Shown here piece by piece: positions 1 through 12,200 of a DNA stretch of 64,000 bases (position 1 is the first letter of the stretch; each line of letters opens with the position of its first letter). Both the position numbers and the translations under genes were made by a program. Origin of the DNA: Octopus sinensis (Eukaryota); NCBI RefSeq assembly GCF_006345805.1, contig NC_042998.1, forward strand, positions 107,880,001 to 107,944,000, in the 5' to 3' direction. A model generated the notes under the pieces. It worked only from the letters and a program-made list of their open reading frames with translations, did no database searches and had not been told where the DNA came from.

Positions 1-984
1 GGTGGAAAAAATACTCCTTATTCTAGACCATGAGTTTGGGTTTGATAGGATGCATAGTTAAAGCAGTTACAATACCAATATCACATAACAGCATAGTAAT
101 AATAATGTTTATTTGATAAATTTTCTATCATTGTGTGTGTGAGTCCTGCAGAGATACACATATTAGATAGTGTGTGTGTATATGTGCGTGTGTGTATGTG
201 TGTGTGTGTGTGTGTGCATTTGTGTGTGTGAGCCTTGCAGCTATGTTGAACATATAGGATGGTGTCTGGTGAGACCTTCATGTGTGCTATATATATTGCA
301 CATACTTTAATTATAATTCAAACATCAAAACTTAAGATTAGTGAGAAATGGGGAAAAGAAGTATTCTATTATAAGATTGTGCTATTGGTGCTTAGAGATA
401 AATTAGATAAAAGAGGAAAGCTTGCCATGTGTTTCAAGTGTGAACATATTGATTAATATAATCAGAGAGCAGATGGGATTTTTTTTTCAGGAATGATAAA
501 TTTGCAGTTGGCAGTATACATGTGATTTTAAAAAAAATATATAAAAAAGAAATGCACCAGGAAATACTAAATGTAAATTAATTAACATCTAGAAATCACA
601 TTTATTGAATTATGTGGATCAATAATTTATTAAAGGTTTTAAGAGTTTTGTATGGTAAGAAAAGAGGAACAGGATATTATGAGGATACTTGGATTGTCAC
701 AGCAGTTTATGATGATGATGACAGCAGTAATAAGGATGTCATTAAGGACAATGGTAAGGAAGTTGATAACAGTAGTTGGGTTTATAATATTGGGAGTTGA
801 CATCCATTGTCAAATTCTTATTAATTTAGTAATGTTTCACCTATAAATTGCATCTAAACTAATCACTATTAAATCATTATGAAGATTAACATCAGAATTA
901 GTGTAGTAATTTTCCTATGTCCACCCATGTCCAATAGTAGAGTTCTTATTCTGACAGTGTGAAAATATGATAAATAATGATATA

Positions 985-3690
985 GATAAAAAAAGAGGAA
1001 GTTTGCCTATGTTCACCGATGTGAGGACCAAAGTGTTCTGAATTGCATGACAGTGTGTGAGAGAAAATTGTGATTTCATAGGATAGAAATGTGTCCACAT
1101 AAATGATGGTGCACTTGCATTTAGTGATTCTGTAAAGAAAGAGGCATGGAAATGCCATTATGGAAGACTGCTGAATGTAGAGAATGAATGAAAGGAGGAG
1201 GGTATACCAAATGTTGACTCAATTGAGGGACCAGCTACCCGAATCAACAGTACCTTGGTAAATAAAGCAATTAAGGTCATGAAGCCAAGGAAAGCCCCCA
1301 GCCCTTCAGGAGTCACTGCTGAGATACTTAAAATATCTGGCAGTGTAGGTTATGATCTAGTTACCTGTATCGTAAATCAGGTAGTTCAAGAAGGAGTCAC
1401 ACCTAATGACTGGTGTAGCAGCACCATAGTCAACTGCTACAAAGGTAAAGGTGATGTCTTGGATAGAAATAATTACAGAGGTATCAAATTGTTGGATTAG
1501 GTAATGAAAGTTACGGAGAGAGTCATAACCCAACTACTTAGTGGGGAATTAGTCTAGATGAGATGCAGTTTGGTTTTGTGCCAAGGAGAAGCACCATTGA
1601 TGTTATATTTCTGGTAAGGCACCTGCAGGAGAAATACATAGCCAAAGATAAACTTCTATACTTAGCTTTTGTTGACTTGGAGAAAGCTTTTGACAGGGTC
1701 CCCCGATCCCTTATCTGGTGGTCAATGTGGCAACTAGGGATAGATGAGTGGCTGGTGAGAGCTGTACAAGCCAGCTACAATGTTGCTACCAGTAAGGTGA
1801 GGATTGGCAACAAGTACAGTGAAGAATTCAAGGTACAAGTAAGGGTTTATCAAGGATCAGTCCTAATCCCCCTCTTGTTCATCATAGTCCTCCAGGCAAT
1901 AACAAGAGGAATTTAAGAGAGGCTCTATACCGATGATCTTGTTCTTATAGCTGAATCACTACCAGAACTAGAGAAGAAGTTTCATGTATCAAAGCAAGGT
2001 CTAGAATCAAAGGGCCTTAGAGTTAACCTAGCAAAAACCAAAGTCTTAGTAAGTAGGAAGTCAGACAAATCACAATTCATTTCAGGTAGATGGCCCTGCA
2101 TGATCTGTAGAAAAATGTAGGTAGCAACTCTGTAAGATGCACTCAGTGTAAGCTTTGGACACATAAAAGGTACAGCAATATCTGAGGAAAGTTAACAGGG
2201 AAAATAGCTTTTGTGTGTGGTAGATGCACAGGTACAATAAACAGTGAAAATGTGCAGAAAATAGACACCATCAACTGCTACAGGCATAAGCTAGAGGTAG
2301 TAGATAGCTTCTGTTACCTAGGTGATCAAATTAATGGCAGAGGTGGATGCTCCGAGAGCACAGCTATCAGAATAAGATTAGATTGGGCAAAGTGCAGAGA
2401 GTTCCTACCTCTGATGGCAACAAAGGGCCTCTCTCTCAGAATGAAAGGCAGATTGTATGATGCCTGTGTACAAACAGCTATGCTACATGGCAGTGAAATA
2501 TGGACTGTGACTACCAAGGACATGCGTAGGCTTGAAATAAATGAAGCCAGTATGCTTTGCTGGATGTGCAATGTCAATGTGCATGTTCGACAGAGTGTAA
2601 GCATCTTGAGAGAAAAGTTAGGCATAAGAGGTATCAAATGTGGTGTGCAAGAGAGACAAATATGCTGGTATGGTCATGTGATACATATGGACGAGGTTAG
2701 CTGTGTAAAGAAGTGCTGATCTATAACTGTGGAGGGAATCTGTGGTATGGGTAGATCCAAGAAGACATGGGATGAGGTGATGAAGCATGATCTCTGAACT
2801 TTGGGCCTCACAGAGGCAATGACTAGTGACCAAGACCTTTGGCAATATGCTGTGCGTGAGAAGATCAAAGCCAAGTGAAATCACAGTTGTAGCTGATGCT
2901 GGTGTCACGTAACTGGCAAGTGGAATGTAAAAAGAACCTTTTAAGTGTTGAGCCTCATGGGGGCAAAGTGGTTGAGCTCCTTGTGAATCTTGGGCCTCAC
3001 AGAAGCAATGACTAAGACCTTTGGCGTTATGTATGTTGTGAGAAGAAGACCCATCAAGCCAAGTAAAATCACAGTCATGGCAGATACCAGTGTCATGCAA
3101 ATGGCACCCATGCCAGTGGCATGTAAATGCACCTTTCGAGTATTGGGCCTCATGGAGGCAGGACTGAGACTGAGATCCTTTCAAATGTTGGGCTTCACAG
3201 AGGCAATGACCAAGTCCATTTGGCATTATGTTGTGCTTGAGAAGAAGATCCATCAAGCCAAATAAAATTGCAGTCATGGCAGATACTGGTGTCATGGAAA
3301 TGGCACCCATGCTGGTGGCATGTAAAAGCACCTTTCTAGTGTTGGGCCCCACTGAGGCAAGGACCGAGACCATTTGGCATTATGCTGGGCTTAAAGCATT
3401 GGGCCGCATTGAGGCAATGACCAAATCCATTTGGCATTATACCATGCTTGAGATGAAGACCCATCAAGCCAAATAAAACCGCAGTTGTGGCAGATACCTG
3501 TATCATGCAAATGGCTTGTAAAAGCACCAATTACACTCTTAGAGTGGTTGGTGTAAGGAAGGGCATCCAGCCATAGAAACCATATCAAAACAGACTGGAG
3601 TCTGATGCAGCCATCCAGCTTGCCAGCCTTGGTCAAACTGTCCAACCCATGCCAGGATGGACAACGGACATTAAATGATGATGATGATGG
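985..3690 (+). mobile_element. 5'-truncated degenerate RTE-clade LINE (RT region, reiterated 3' UTR, (GAT)n tail)
   Basis: RT fragments YRGIKLLD, QFGFVPRRSTID, LAFVDLEKAFDRVP and KGRLYDACVQTAMLHGSE, broken by stops and frameshifts. Ends with ccaacccatgccaggatgg...ggacattaaat(gat)n. Confidence 0.9.
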
Positions 3691-4701
3691 TACAGACTTA
3701 TGGCATATACTAAATCCCTCTTGAAATATAGTAATATTGGAACCATTTTAATACTGTATCACACTGCAAAAGACTACATAATGTTACCAAATATTACATG
3801 ACACAACAGAATACAGTATGACACTGGTTAGCTTTCAGTTCTGAAATAACATCAATAATGTCTAACAAATTGTACTCAATGCTATAAGATCAGTGAAGTG
3901 GGCAGTGGAGATCAGATATAAGAAGCAGGGCAGTGGGCTGTGAAAATCAGACATAAAGACCAGGGTATTGGGCTGTGTAAGTCATGTATAAGGGACAATA
4001 CAGTGAAATGCCTTTTCCTTTTTTCTTTTCTCACAAGACACCACAAGCTTTTCTTACTCATTCTTTTACAAATTAACTGCTCTACTGAACTGTTGGGTTT
4101 TTTTTCTTGGCTCCTGGTTTGTTTAAAAGAAAGACTTTTCTTAATTTTTTTTCTCAAAGCCAAGACACATGCTATTCTTCCTCATTGTGTGACAGCTCTA
4201 TTACCAAATTCCAACATCAGCTGCAATTCTTGGTCCAATTAATTAAGAATATCATTACATTTGCAACCACATTTTTACTGTTTATAATATGCATTAACAG
4301 GGAACAAAAGAGGCAAATTAGTTGATGAATTTAATATCAAGAACAAATACAATAGATATGTGAGACTAATTCATATGCTTTGAGTTACACACAAAGAATA
4401 TAATTCCATGTATAAAAATTATGTTGTCATTACATGCATGTGGAGTAACTAATTGTCAATGAAATATAACTCAATCTCGTGATGTTTCTAAATGAGTTCT
4501 TTGTAATACGGAAATGGAAAAATATGTTCAAACTTAAAACAAATTACAATTAAATGGGGCTTGAACAATTTACCAGTATTGTTTGAGCAATTTGTGCATG
4601 AATTGTCATTCGTCACTGTGGCTACATTTTTTTAAAAAATTTGTGGAATGGTTAAAAATATTTTAGACTGACTCTATGGTTACTTACTTTATTAAATCTA
4701 C

Positions 4702-5136
4702 TTACTCTATACTCTTTACTCTCTCTTTTACTTGTTTCAGTCATTTGACTGCAGCCATGCTGGAGCACCGCCTTTAGTCAAGCAAATCGACCCCGGGACT
4801 TATTCTTTGTAAGCCCAGTACTTATTCTATCGGTCTATTTTGCCGAACCGCTAAGTGACAGGAACGTAAACACACCAGCATCAGTTGTCAAGCAATGCTG
4901 GGGGGACATACACAGACACACAAACATATACACACACATACAAATATATATATATATATATATACATATATACGACAGGCTTCTTTCAGTTTCCGTCTAC
5001 CAAATCCACTCACAAGGCATTGGTCGGCCCGAGGCTATAGCAGAAGACACTTACCCAAGATGCCACGCAGTGGGACTGAACCCGGAACCATGTGGTTGGT
5101 AAGCAAGCTACTTACCACACAGCCACTCCTGTGCCT
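4702..5136 (-). mobile_element. tRNA-derived SINE family A, full length (central core resembles the Nin/Deu-type domain, from memory)
   Basis: Head with A box TGGCTGTGTGG and B box GGTTCAGTCC, core ccttgtgagtggatttggtagacggaaactgaaagaagcc, internal TA/CA tract and AAAAGAGT-type tail. Close match to 56519-56916. Confidence 0.85.
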
Positions 5137-5724
5137 ACTATGGTTACTAACTTTATTAAATACTTTATTTATTTATTCATTGCATATAAACTAGATGGTT
5201 CTTCAAATCTAAATATATTTTACATTTGGGAAATATTTTTTCCTTAAATTAGTTTCAACTTGATCGACTAAAGTATCAATAGCTAACATCATGTGTTTAG
5301 TGCTCTTCCCTACCATTTACAACATCTAAAATTGTAACTGCTTACTCTAAATACCATATTGGTTATAATCTGCTCACTATGAAATTAACAGGTCTTTAAT
5401 TAACCTGTAACATTGAGATCAAATACTGTCCTGTTTCAAGAGTAAACAATGAGGAAACGGCTTTAGTCTATTCTCCTTTGGCTTACTAGATCACAGTTGG
5501 GTAAATTTTTTCTCCACAAGGGCCACATGCACATGTGAAAGGCTTGAGACTACTAAATAAAAGTTATTTTTGCACAAAAATATAATTATTTCTTTATCGC
5601 AAATAGCTTGGAATTATTTAGTAAACAAAGTAACAGGTATAGCTGTTATGATTCTTCATAAAAGCTATTTGTTGAGGCAGATTTTTGACAGCTGAAAACC
5701 CTTCCTGTTGTCAACCCTCACTAG

Positions 5725-5828
5725 TTTTGGGTACAGTCCCACTGAGTAGCATTTTGGGCAAGTGTCTTCTACTATAGTTCCAGGCTGACCAAAATTTTGC
5801 GAGAAGAATTGGATAGACAGAAACTGTT
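5725..5828 (+). mobile_element. SINE family A fragment
   Basis: Degenerate cagtcccact...gggcaagtgtcttctactatag...gacagaaactg. Confidence 0.6.
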
Positions 5829-6669
5829 GATGATGGTGCTCATGAGATACTGTAATGATAATGATGTTGGTAGGGTGTCCATGAATGGAATAATTTTAGT
5901 GAAACTATTTTAGTGAACTGATTTCATGCATACACCTTACTGCAAGTAATTGTCATTGCCACCACTGGCATTACCATGACTACCAACAGCCATTCCAAAC
6001 AACAAATAAGCAGCAGCAGCAGAACCACCACTGCTGCCGCCGCCATTTATCATTATCGTCTCTTACTTTTCCATTTTGTTTTCTATGACTTTCCATTTCT
6101 AACTCTATTTTGAGTAACTTGTCTTAGCATGTTGCGAAAGGTTAGATATAAATGAGCTATCATATTAATATATAGATTAACATTACCATTATTATCATTT
6201 TCATGTTCACCTTCTGATGCTCCCATGGTTAGCATTGTTTGTTTTAGCACATTTTGGGATTCTCTGTCATCTCTTTTATGAGGTTCAGCACCCTGAGGTC
6301 AGACCTCCCCACATCTTCCTATATCTTTTTTGATCTTTCTCTTTCGTAGTATCTTCCCATTTGCACCATGGTAATAAAAACTAACATGTTAACAAAGCAA
6401 GACATTAAACTGTCATGTTAATAAGAAGTGGTATGATAATAAAAAGGGACATAATGATAAAATATAATACATAAAATATTAAGAAAACAATAATAAATAA
6501 AATTAGTGGTATTCAAATTAAAGGGTCAAATTAAGAGAAAGTAAATTAAAAACATAACCGAGGGCATGTGGTCTAGTGTTTAGAGTGTTGCATGTATGAT
6601 TGTGAGAACATGAGTTTGCTTCCTGGACCAGGCAAAGCACTGTGCTCTTGAGCAAAACATTTTATTTCA

Positions 6670-6834
6670 TACATTATTTACAATTGACGGATATTTGCCC
6701 TCATCTTGTTTGTTGTTAACACAATGTTTCGGCTGGTATACCCTCCAGCCTTCATCAGGTGTCTTGGGGAAATTTCGAACCTGGGTTCTCATTCCTAAGG
6801 TATTTTTCGATGTTGTTGTTGTTATTATTATTAA

Positions 6835-6866
<32 letters not shown>

Positions 6867-6937
6867 TCACTGCCTGGAATAGAACTCGGAATCTTGGGGT
6901 TAGTAGCCCACACTCTTAACCACTACGCCATATGCCC
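6670..6937 (-). mobile_element. tRNA-headed SINE family C with (AAT/AAC)n linker and hammerhead-containing 3' end
   Basis: A box TGGCGTAGTGG, B box GAGTTCTATTCC, microsatellite linker, then a ~140-bp tail also present at 9108-9247. Confidence 0.8.
6718..6763 (-). ncRNA. Minimal type I hammerhead ribozyme motif (one lesion in helix III)
   Basis: GACAC CUGAUGA A GGCUGG-agggUAUA-CCAGCC GAAAC AUU GUGUU: intact core, perfect 6-bp helix II, 5-bp helix I. Confidence 0.75.
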
Positions 6938-7824
6938 TGTTCCAGTCCACTCAGCTGTATATGAGTAACCACCCTGCAACATAACTATAACCAACATAAT
7001 TATAACTAGCTTAAGCTCAATTATTCTATCTAATATACTCTGGCTATCTCAGCTTAAACGTCTATTTCTTGGCTAACAGTGTACTTATGTCACTGCTGTT
7101 ATCCAGAAGAGTTTGTACTTTTGTTCCTTGCCTGTGATGAATCTAGTAGAGGTTGCTTTCTGCCTTCATTTGCACAGCATACATCTGTTTGTCTCCATTC
7201 AAGTATTTCCACAATCCCTCTTGACTTACCTTTTATTGTGCCTGTGTTGATGATAGAGGCCCTAAATATGTTGACTTGACAGGAAAAGGTGGGATGAGTT
7301 TGTGGAATCTATGTTCTGCAGCTGAAGAGAAGAAAGTTTGTGTGATTTTATGGTTCTCACTTATAGTTTCTACCTTTAGATGATTTAATTCTATCATTTA
7401 CTTTCAAAATGAATTACAACAAACAACTATTTACATATTAGGTTATGTATAAGTCTCAGATGCCTGGCATATGTTAAATAATAAGGGAAGAAAGACTTTG
7501 TTAGAAGTAGACAGTTGTTAGTAATGCAACTCATATCCTGACAAGTATACATGGGTACATATATATATGCAGGCAAGATTTCAAGGATACAGGTTGTAGT
7601 GAGATAGGGGGCCTCTGTAAATTTCTGTGTGAGGCTGACTTATAACGTATGTAACAAAGGTGCTTATTGTGACAGATTTCTGCAAAAGCACCAATTGGAA
7701 AGCACCATATGGTTTTTGATAGTTTGGGAGAGAAACTAGGTTTCCATAAAATTTTTTACCAAGTATGAATAATATTCTAATAATAAAGTATATTAATAGA
7801 TTAAGTAATAGCTGACATGGTCAA

Positions 7825-8235
7825 TGACAGCACCGCTTGACTAGCATCCGTGCTAGAGGAACGTTAAGAGCACCATCCGAGCATGATCGTTGCCAGGGCT
7901 GCTGACTGGCTCCCGTGCCAGTGGCACATAAAAAGCACCATTTGAGTGTGATTATTACCAGCATCACCTTACTGACACTTCTGCTGGTGGCACGTGAAAA
8001 ATAACATTCGAGTGTAGCTGTTGCCAGTAATGCCTGACTGGCACTCATGCCAGTCATAAAAGCACTCACTATGCTCTCGGAGTGGTTGACGTTAGGAAGG
8101 GCATCCAGCTGTAGAAATGCTGCCAGATCAGATTGGAACCTTGTGCAGTCATCTGGCACACCAGTCCTCAGTCAAACTGTCCAACCCATTCCAGCATGGA
8201 AAGTGGACGTTAAAAGATGATGATGATGATGATGT
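7825..8235 (+). mobile_element. RTE 3' UTR fragment (about three diverged 60-nt modules plus tail)
   Basis: gtggcac.taaaaagcacc modules, common terminal segment and (GAT)n. Confidence 0.8.
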
Positions 8236-8721
8236 TAAATACATTATCTTTTGGGTGAGATGGAGATATTAGTAGAAATAAATAATATATAGTGATATAC
8301 ACACACTTACATACAAAGAATTTATGGCAGAACTTGATACAAAGAATTTTTAAGATATATTGTTTTACCTTGCAGTTTTTAATCCCTTACATACAGAGAA
8401 TGGGTTCTTCAAGGCAACAAAACTTATCAACCTTCAGCAAACTCTCTTTTGTCTTTCCCACAGCAACAAAACAACCTTATAAATAAATAGCAAGTCTGTT
8501 GCTCAAAACAGCTTTGTATATAAAGTATTAATAATTTAACTTCTATATCTAACATCCAGCATTTTTTAGTCAGTTAGGTACTTTACTAATCAGTCTTGGA
8601 GATGAGTGAAATGTTATGTTAACTTATTTAGCAGTTGAGCTCCACAGAGCCTTCAGTTCTAAATTTGTTACAAGCATGTATGTCATAAAGCATCCTGCTG
8701 CTGATTTACACTCAAAAACTT

Positions 8722-8890
8722 AACCACTACACTCATGGAGTGGTTGGCATTAGGAAAGGCGTCCAGCTGTAGAAACACTACCAGATCAGACTGGAGCCTG
8801 GTGCAGCCTCCTGGCTTCCCAGACCCCGGTTGAACCGTCCAACCCGTGCTAGCACGGAAAATGGACGTTAAACGATGATGATGATGATGT
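8722..8890 (+). mobile_element. RTE 3' terminal fragment
   Basis: cactacactc..ggagtggttggc...ccgtgctagcacgg...gttaaac(gat)n. Confidence 0.8.
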
Positions 8891-9107
8891 TATGAAGACA
8901 TTTGAAGTTATGATATTCTATCTCTACACTCCCTTCTAGAAGACGAGAATTGAGAAGAAAGTAAATTTGTACAGCAGATAATGGCTTTTTACACATTCAT
9001 GCTACATACCCAATGCATTGCTCATGGAATGTATATCTATACCTTCAGATTTTTGATGGAGGAAGGAAAATACTGTGTGCATGTCCTTTTTCAAAATATA
9101 TGAAAAG

Positions 9108-9268
9108 TGCATTATTTACATTTTAACAGATATTTGTCCTCATCTTGTTTGTTATTAACACAACGTTTTGCTGATATACCCTCCAGCCTTCATCAGGTGT
9201 CTTGGGGAAATTTCAAACCTGGGTTCTCATTCCTAAAGCATTTTTCGTTATTATTATTATTATTATTA
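9108..9268 (-). mobile_element. Headless second copy of SINE family C, with disrupted hammerhead at 9157-9201
   Basis: Matches 6672-6810. Hammerhead reads CUGAUGAAGGCUGG..UCAGCAAAACGUUGUGUU (G12 lost). (TAA)7 linker abuts the R4/Dong element. Confidence 0.8.
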
Positions 9269-9269
9269 C

Positions 9270-12200
9270 TTTTTTTTTTCTTTTTTCAAATTTGCATCCA
9301 TTTCTTGCCGAGTGTCTTCCTGACTCCTAGGGCAAAGAGACTCATAGTATACATTGGTAGGCTATTAAACCAAACTCAGTAGTTCGTTCATTTTTTTTTT
9401 TTTTTTTTTTAAGTTAAATTAAAATACATGAGCAGCAACAGTTCTCACATCGACAATGCTCTTCTCAATACGTGTGATGTACCAGTTAAGACAATCTTTT
9501 GCACTTCTTGCAGGGATGGTAAGCCAGGGATCATTCTCATATAATTTTCGGTTCCCTTCTTGATCATTCCTAGTGCTCCTACGATCACTGGTATTGTAAC
9601 CGCCTTGAGATGCCCCATTTTCTCAATTTCAATGAGTAGGTCTTTATATTTTCTGAGTTTGTCAAACTCTTTCGCTGAGATATTATGATCACAGGGGATG
9701 CTCATGTCGATCAATAAGCAAACTTTATTATTTTGGTCTTTCACAACAATATCTGGTTTATTGGCCTTGATGGTTCGGTCTGTATGTACTGGAAAGTCCC
9801 ACAGAATGGTTACATTTTCTCCTTCAGTTACAGCCTCAGGGTGGTGATTATACCACTTGTCGGCAGTTTTGATATTGTAATGCCGACTTATTAGCCAGTG
9901 TAGATATTGGCCAACTCTGTCATGTCTTAATTTATACTCCACTGGTGCTAAGACTTTACATCCAGAGATTAGGTGGTCCACTGTTTCAATCATGTCGTTG
10001 CAGAATCGGCATTTTGGGTCTGCTCCATTTTTCATCACATTGGCCTGGTAGTTCCGGGTTAATAGGCTTTGATCTTGAGCAGCCAGGATGAAACCTTTGC
10101 TCTCTGCTTTTAGCCCTGAGCTCCGTAGCCACTGATGGGTTTGCTTCTGGTCAACATCAGCTTGTTTGCTGCGGGTCACATATTTGCCGTGCAGAGGTTT
10201 CTCCTCCCACCTATCAGCCAATTGCTCGTGCGCTTTTTTCATTGCCATCATTTTCACCTTCTTTGCAACAATAGTTACCGTACTTCCCTCGGGTTGTTCA
10301 GTTTGGGTATCCTGCACAAGATCAATAGCAAATCTTTTGCTTTCCTTTATGATAGAATGAAGCTTCTTTCATCTCTCGTGATGTTCCACGAGCTTTAGCA
10401 TCCAGTCATTCGATATTTCGAGATATTTGGCCAGTCCAATTGTGGTTGTTTTGTAAGCTAGTTCAAATTGGATCAGGCCTCGACCTCCTTGGGCTCTGGG
10501 AAGGTAAGGCGATCTACGTCTGCCTTTGGGTGGTGCATCCTATTACAACTCAGCAGCTTGCATATTTTCCTATCTATATTCTTTACTTCACTCATATTCC
10601 AGTTCAACACATTGTAGCTATAAGTAACAACTGGAACTGCTAAGGAATTTATAGCTAACACCTTGTTACGTGCATTTAGTTCAGATTTCAGGACTGCACG
10701 AACTCTCCTATAACATTTCTTCCTGATCTTCTCTTTCATGCTTGCATGCTGAATACCAGAGCCTTCATTTATCCCTAAATATTTATATGTTTGTTCTTGC
10801 TCAAGCTCTCTTATGACTGTGTCAACATCTAACACGACTGAATTTGTGGTCTTCACTTTCCCTTTCTGGAAAGTGGCCTTGGCACACTTCTCAAGTCCAA
10901 ACTCCATCCCGATGTCATCGCTGAATGCTTTCACGGTGCGCAATAGGCCTTCAAGTTCATTATTGTCTTTACCATAAAGTTTTAAGTCATCCATATAAAA
11001 TAGATGGCTTATTTTTTTATTGGCAATTTTATACCCATACCCTGTTCTGTTTAATTCACTTGTAAGGGGCATTAGGGCTATGCAGAATATTAAAGGTGAA
11101 AGTGAGTCACCTTGAAAAATTCCACAGTTGATGTTTATATTTTCTGAGGCAAGTACTCCATTAGAGTGGTATAATTGGAGATTCGTATTCCACAACGACA
11201 TATTGTGCATCAGGAAGTTTGAAATCACAGGGGAAATTTTGAAGATGTCCAGCGATCTCAAGATCCATGGATGCGGTATACTGTCGAAAGCCTTTTTATA
11301 GTCAATCTATGCGGTGCTGAGATTTCTGCGCTTGTTGTGACAGTTCTCAAGGATCATACGGTTGATTAGCAGTTGATCTTTGCATCCATAAGAGCCTCGG
11401 CGGCACCCTTTTTGTTCAATGGGGAAAATATTGTTCTTCTCCATGAATGCATATGTTTTCTCCACCAGGATAGATGTTAGGATTTTATACGTGGTGGATA
11501 GACAGGTTATAGGCTGATAGTTTTTTGGAAGGTTGGTTTCGTTATTCTTTGGGAGTAGGTAAGTAATGCCACTTGCTAACCATTCAGGTGTTTTCTTTGG
11601 GTCTCTCATAATTCCATTGAGCAGCTGAACTAGCTTACCGTGTGCGCATGGGAGCGATGCGAGCCAGAAATTCGGCACCCTATCTTTACCGGGGGATTTC
11701 CAATTATGGGCCTTCGTGAGTGCCTTTCTTAGGTCTGCTATTGTGATGTCTTCCCATGCTTGTTGTTGTAAATTTTGGTAGGATCCTTCAGTTTGTATAA
11801 TCCAGTCTGCATTTATGTTGTACGTCTTCTTGTCACTCCAAATCCTTTTCCAAAAGTTTTGAACTTCTTCCATAGGAGGGGGGTCTTTAACGGTTACTTT
11901 CTCCTTCCCTATTTCTCTGTAGAATTTTTTGGCATTGGATGTGAACAGCTTATTTTGCTTGTAAAACTTGTTTCTCTTCTCAAATCTTCGTATTCTTTGG
12001 GCTTTTGCTTGGACTTTTTGTTTCAGCGTTTCTTTTATTGATATCGGTTCTTCTCTTGGTGAGGATCCAAATTTTCTCTTCATCTTTCTTCTTGTTCTGG
12101 ATCTTACATCATTTCCACATATTAGTTCATTTAATATTGATATTTCCCCTCTCATAAATTCAATCTCTTTTTCAATTTTACTTCTCCAGGTTTGATTTCT

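Larger units (their letters stand above)
6560..6972 (+). mobile_element. tRNA-derived SINE family D, split by a hammerhead-SINE insertion at 6670-6937
   Basis: Head tggtctagtg...cttgagcaaaac resumes after the insert as tgttccagtccactcagctg. Similar to the minus-strand copy at 52835-53444. Confidence 0.6.

Noticed and set aside
612-800. Acidic 62-aa ORF
   Set aside because: Low-complexity GAT-rich sequence with no splice or homology support.
2618-3373. 251-aa minus-strand ORF and other antisense ORFs over LINEs
   Set aside because: They are antisense to RTE or R4 sequence and have no independent coding signal.
3912-4260. Lys-rich minus-strand ORF as an exon
   Set aside because: An in-frame stop lies just upstream, there are no convincing splice sites and no recognisable domain.
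6862-6937. Genuine tRNA genes at SINE heads (also 5060-5136, 53340-53407 and others)
   Set aside because: A and B boxes are present but acceptor stems are broken, and each head continues into a repeat body.
11307-11309. Rescue of the R4 ORF by A-to-I editing of UAG to Trp
   Set aside because: A frameshift and a second stop remain downstream, so editing alone cannot restore the protein.
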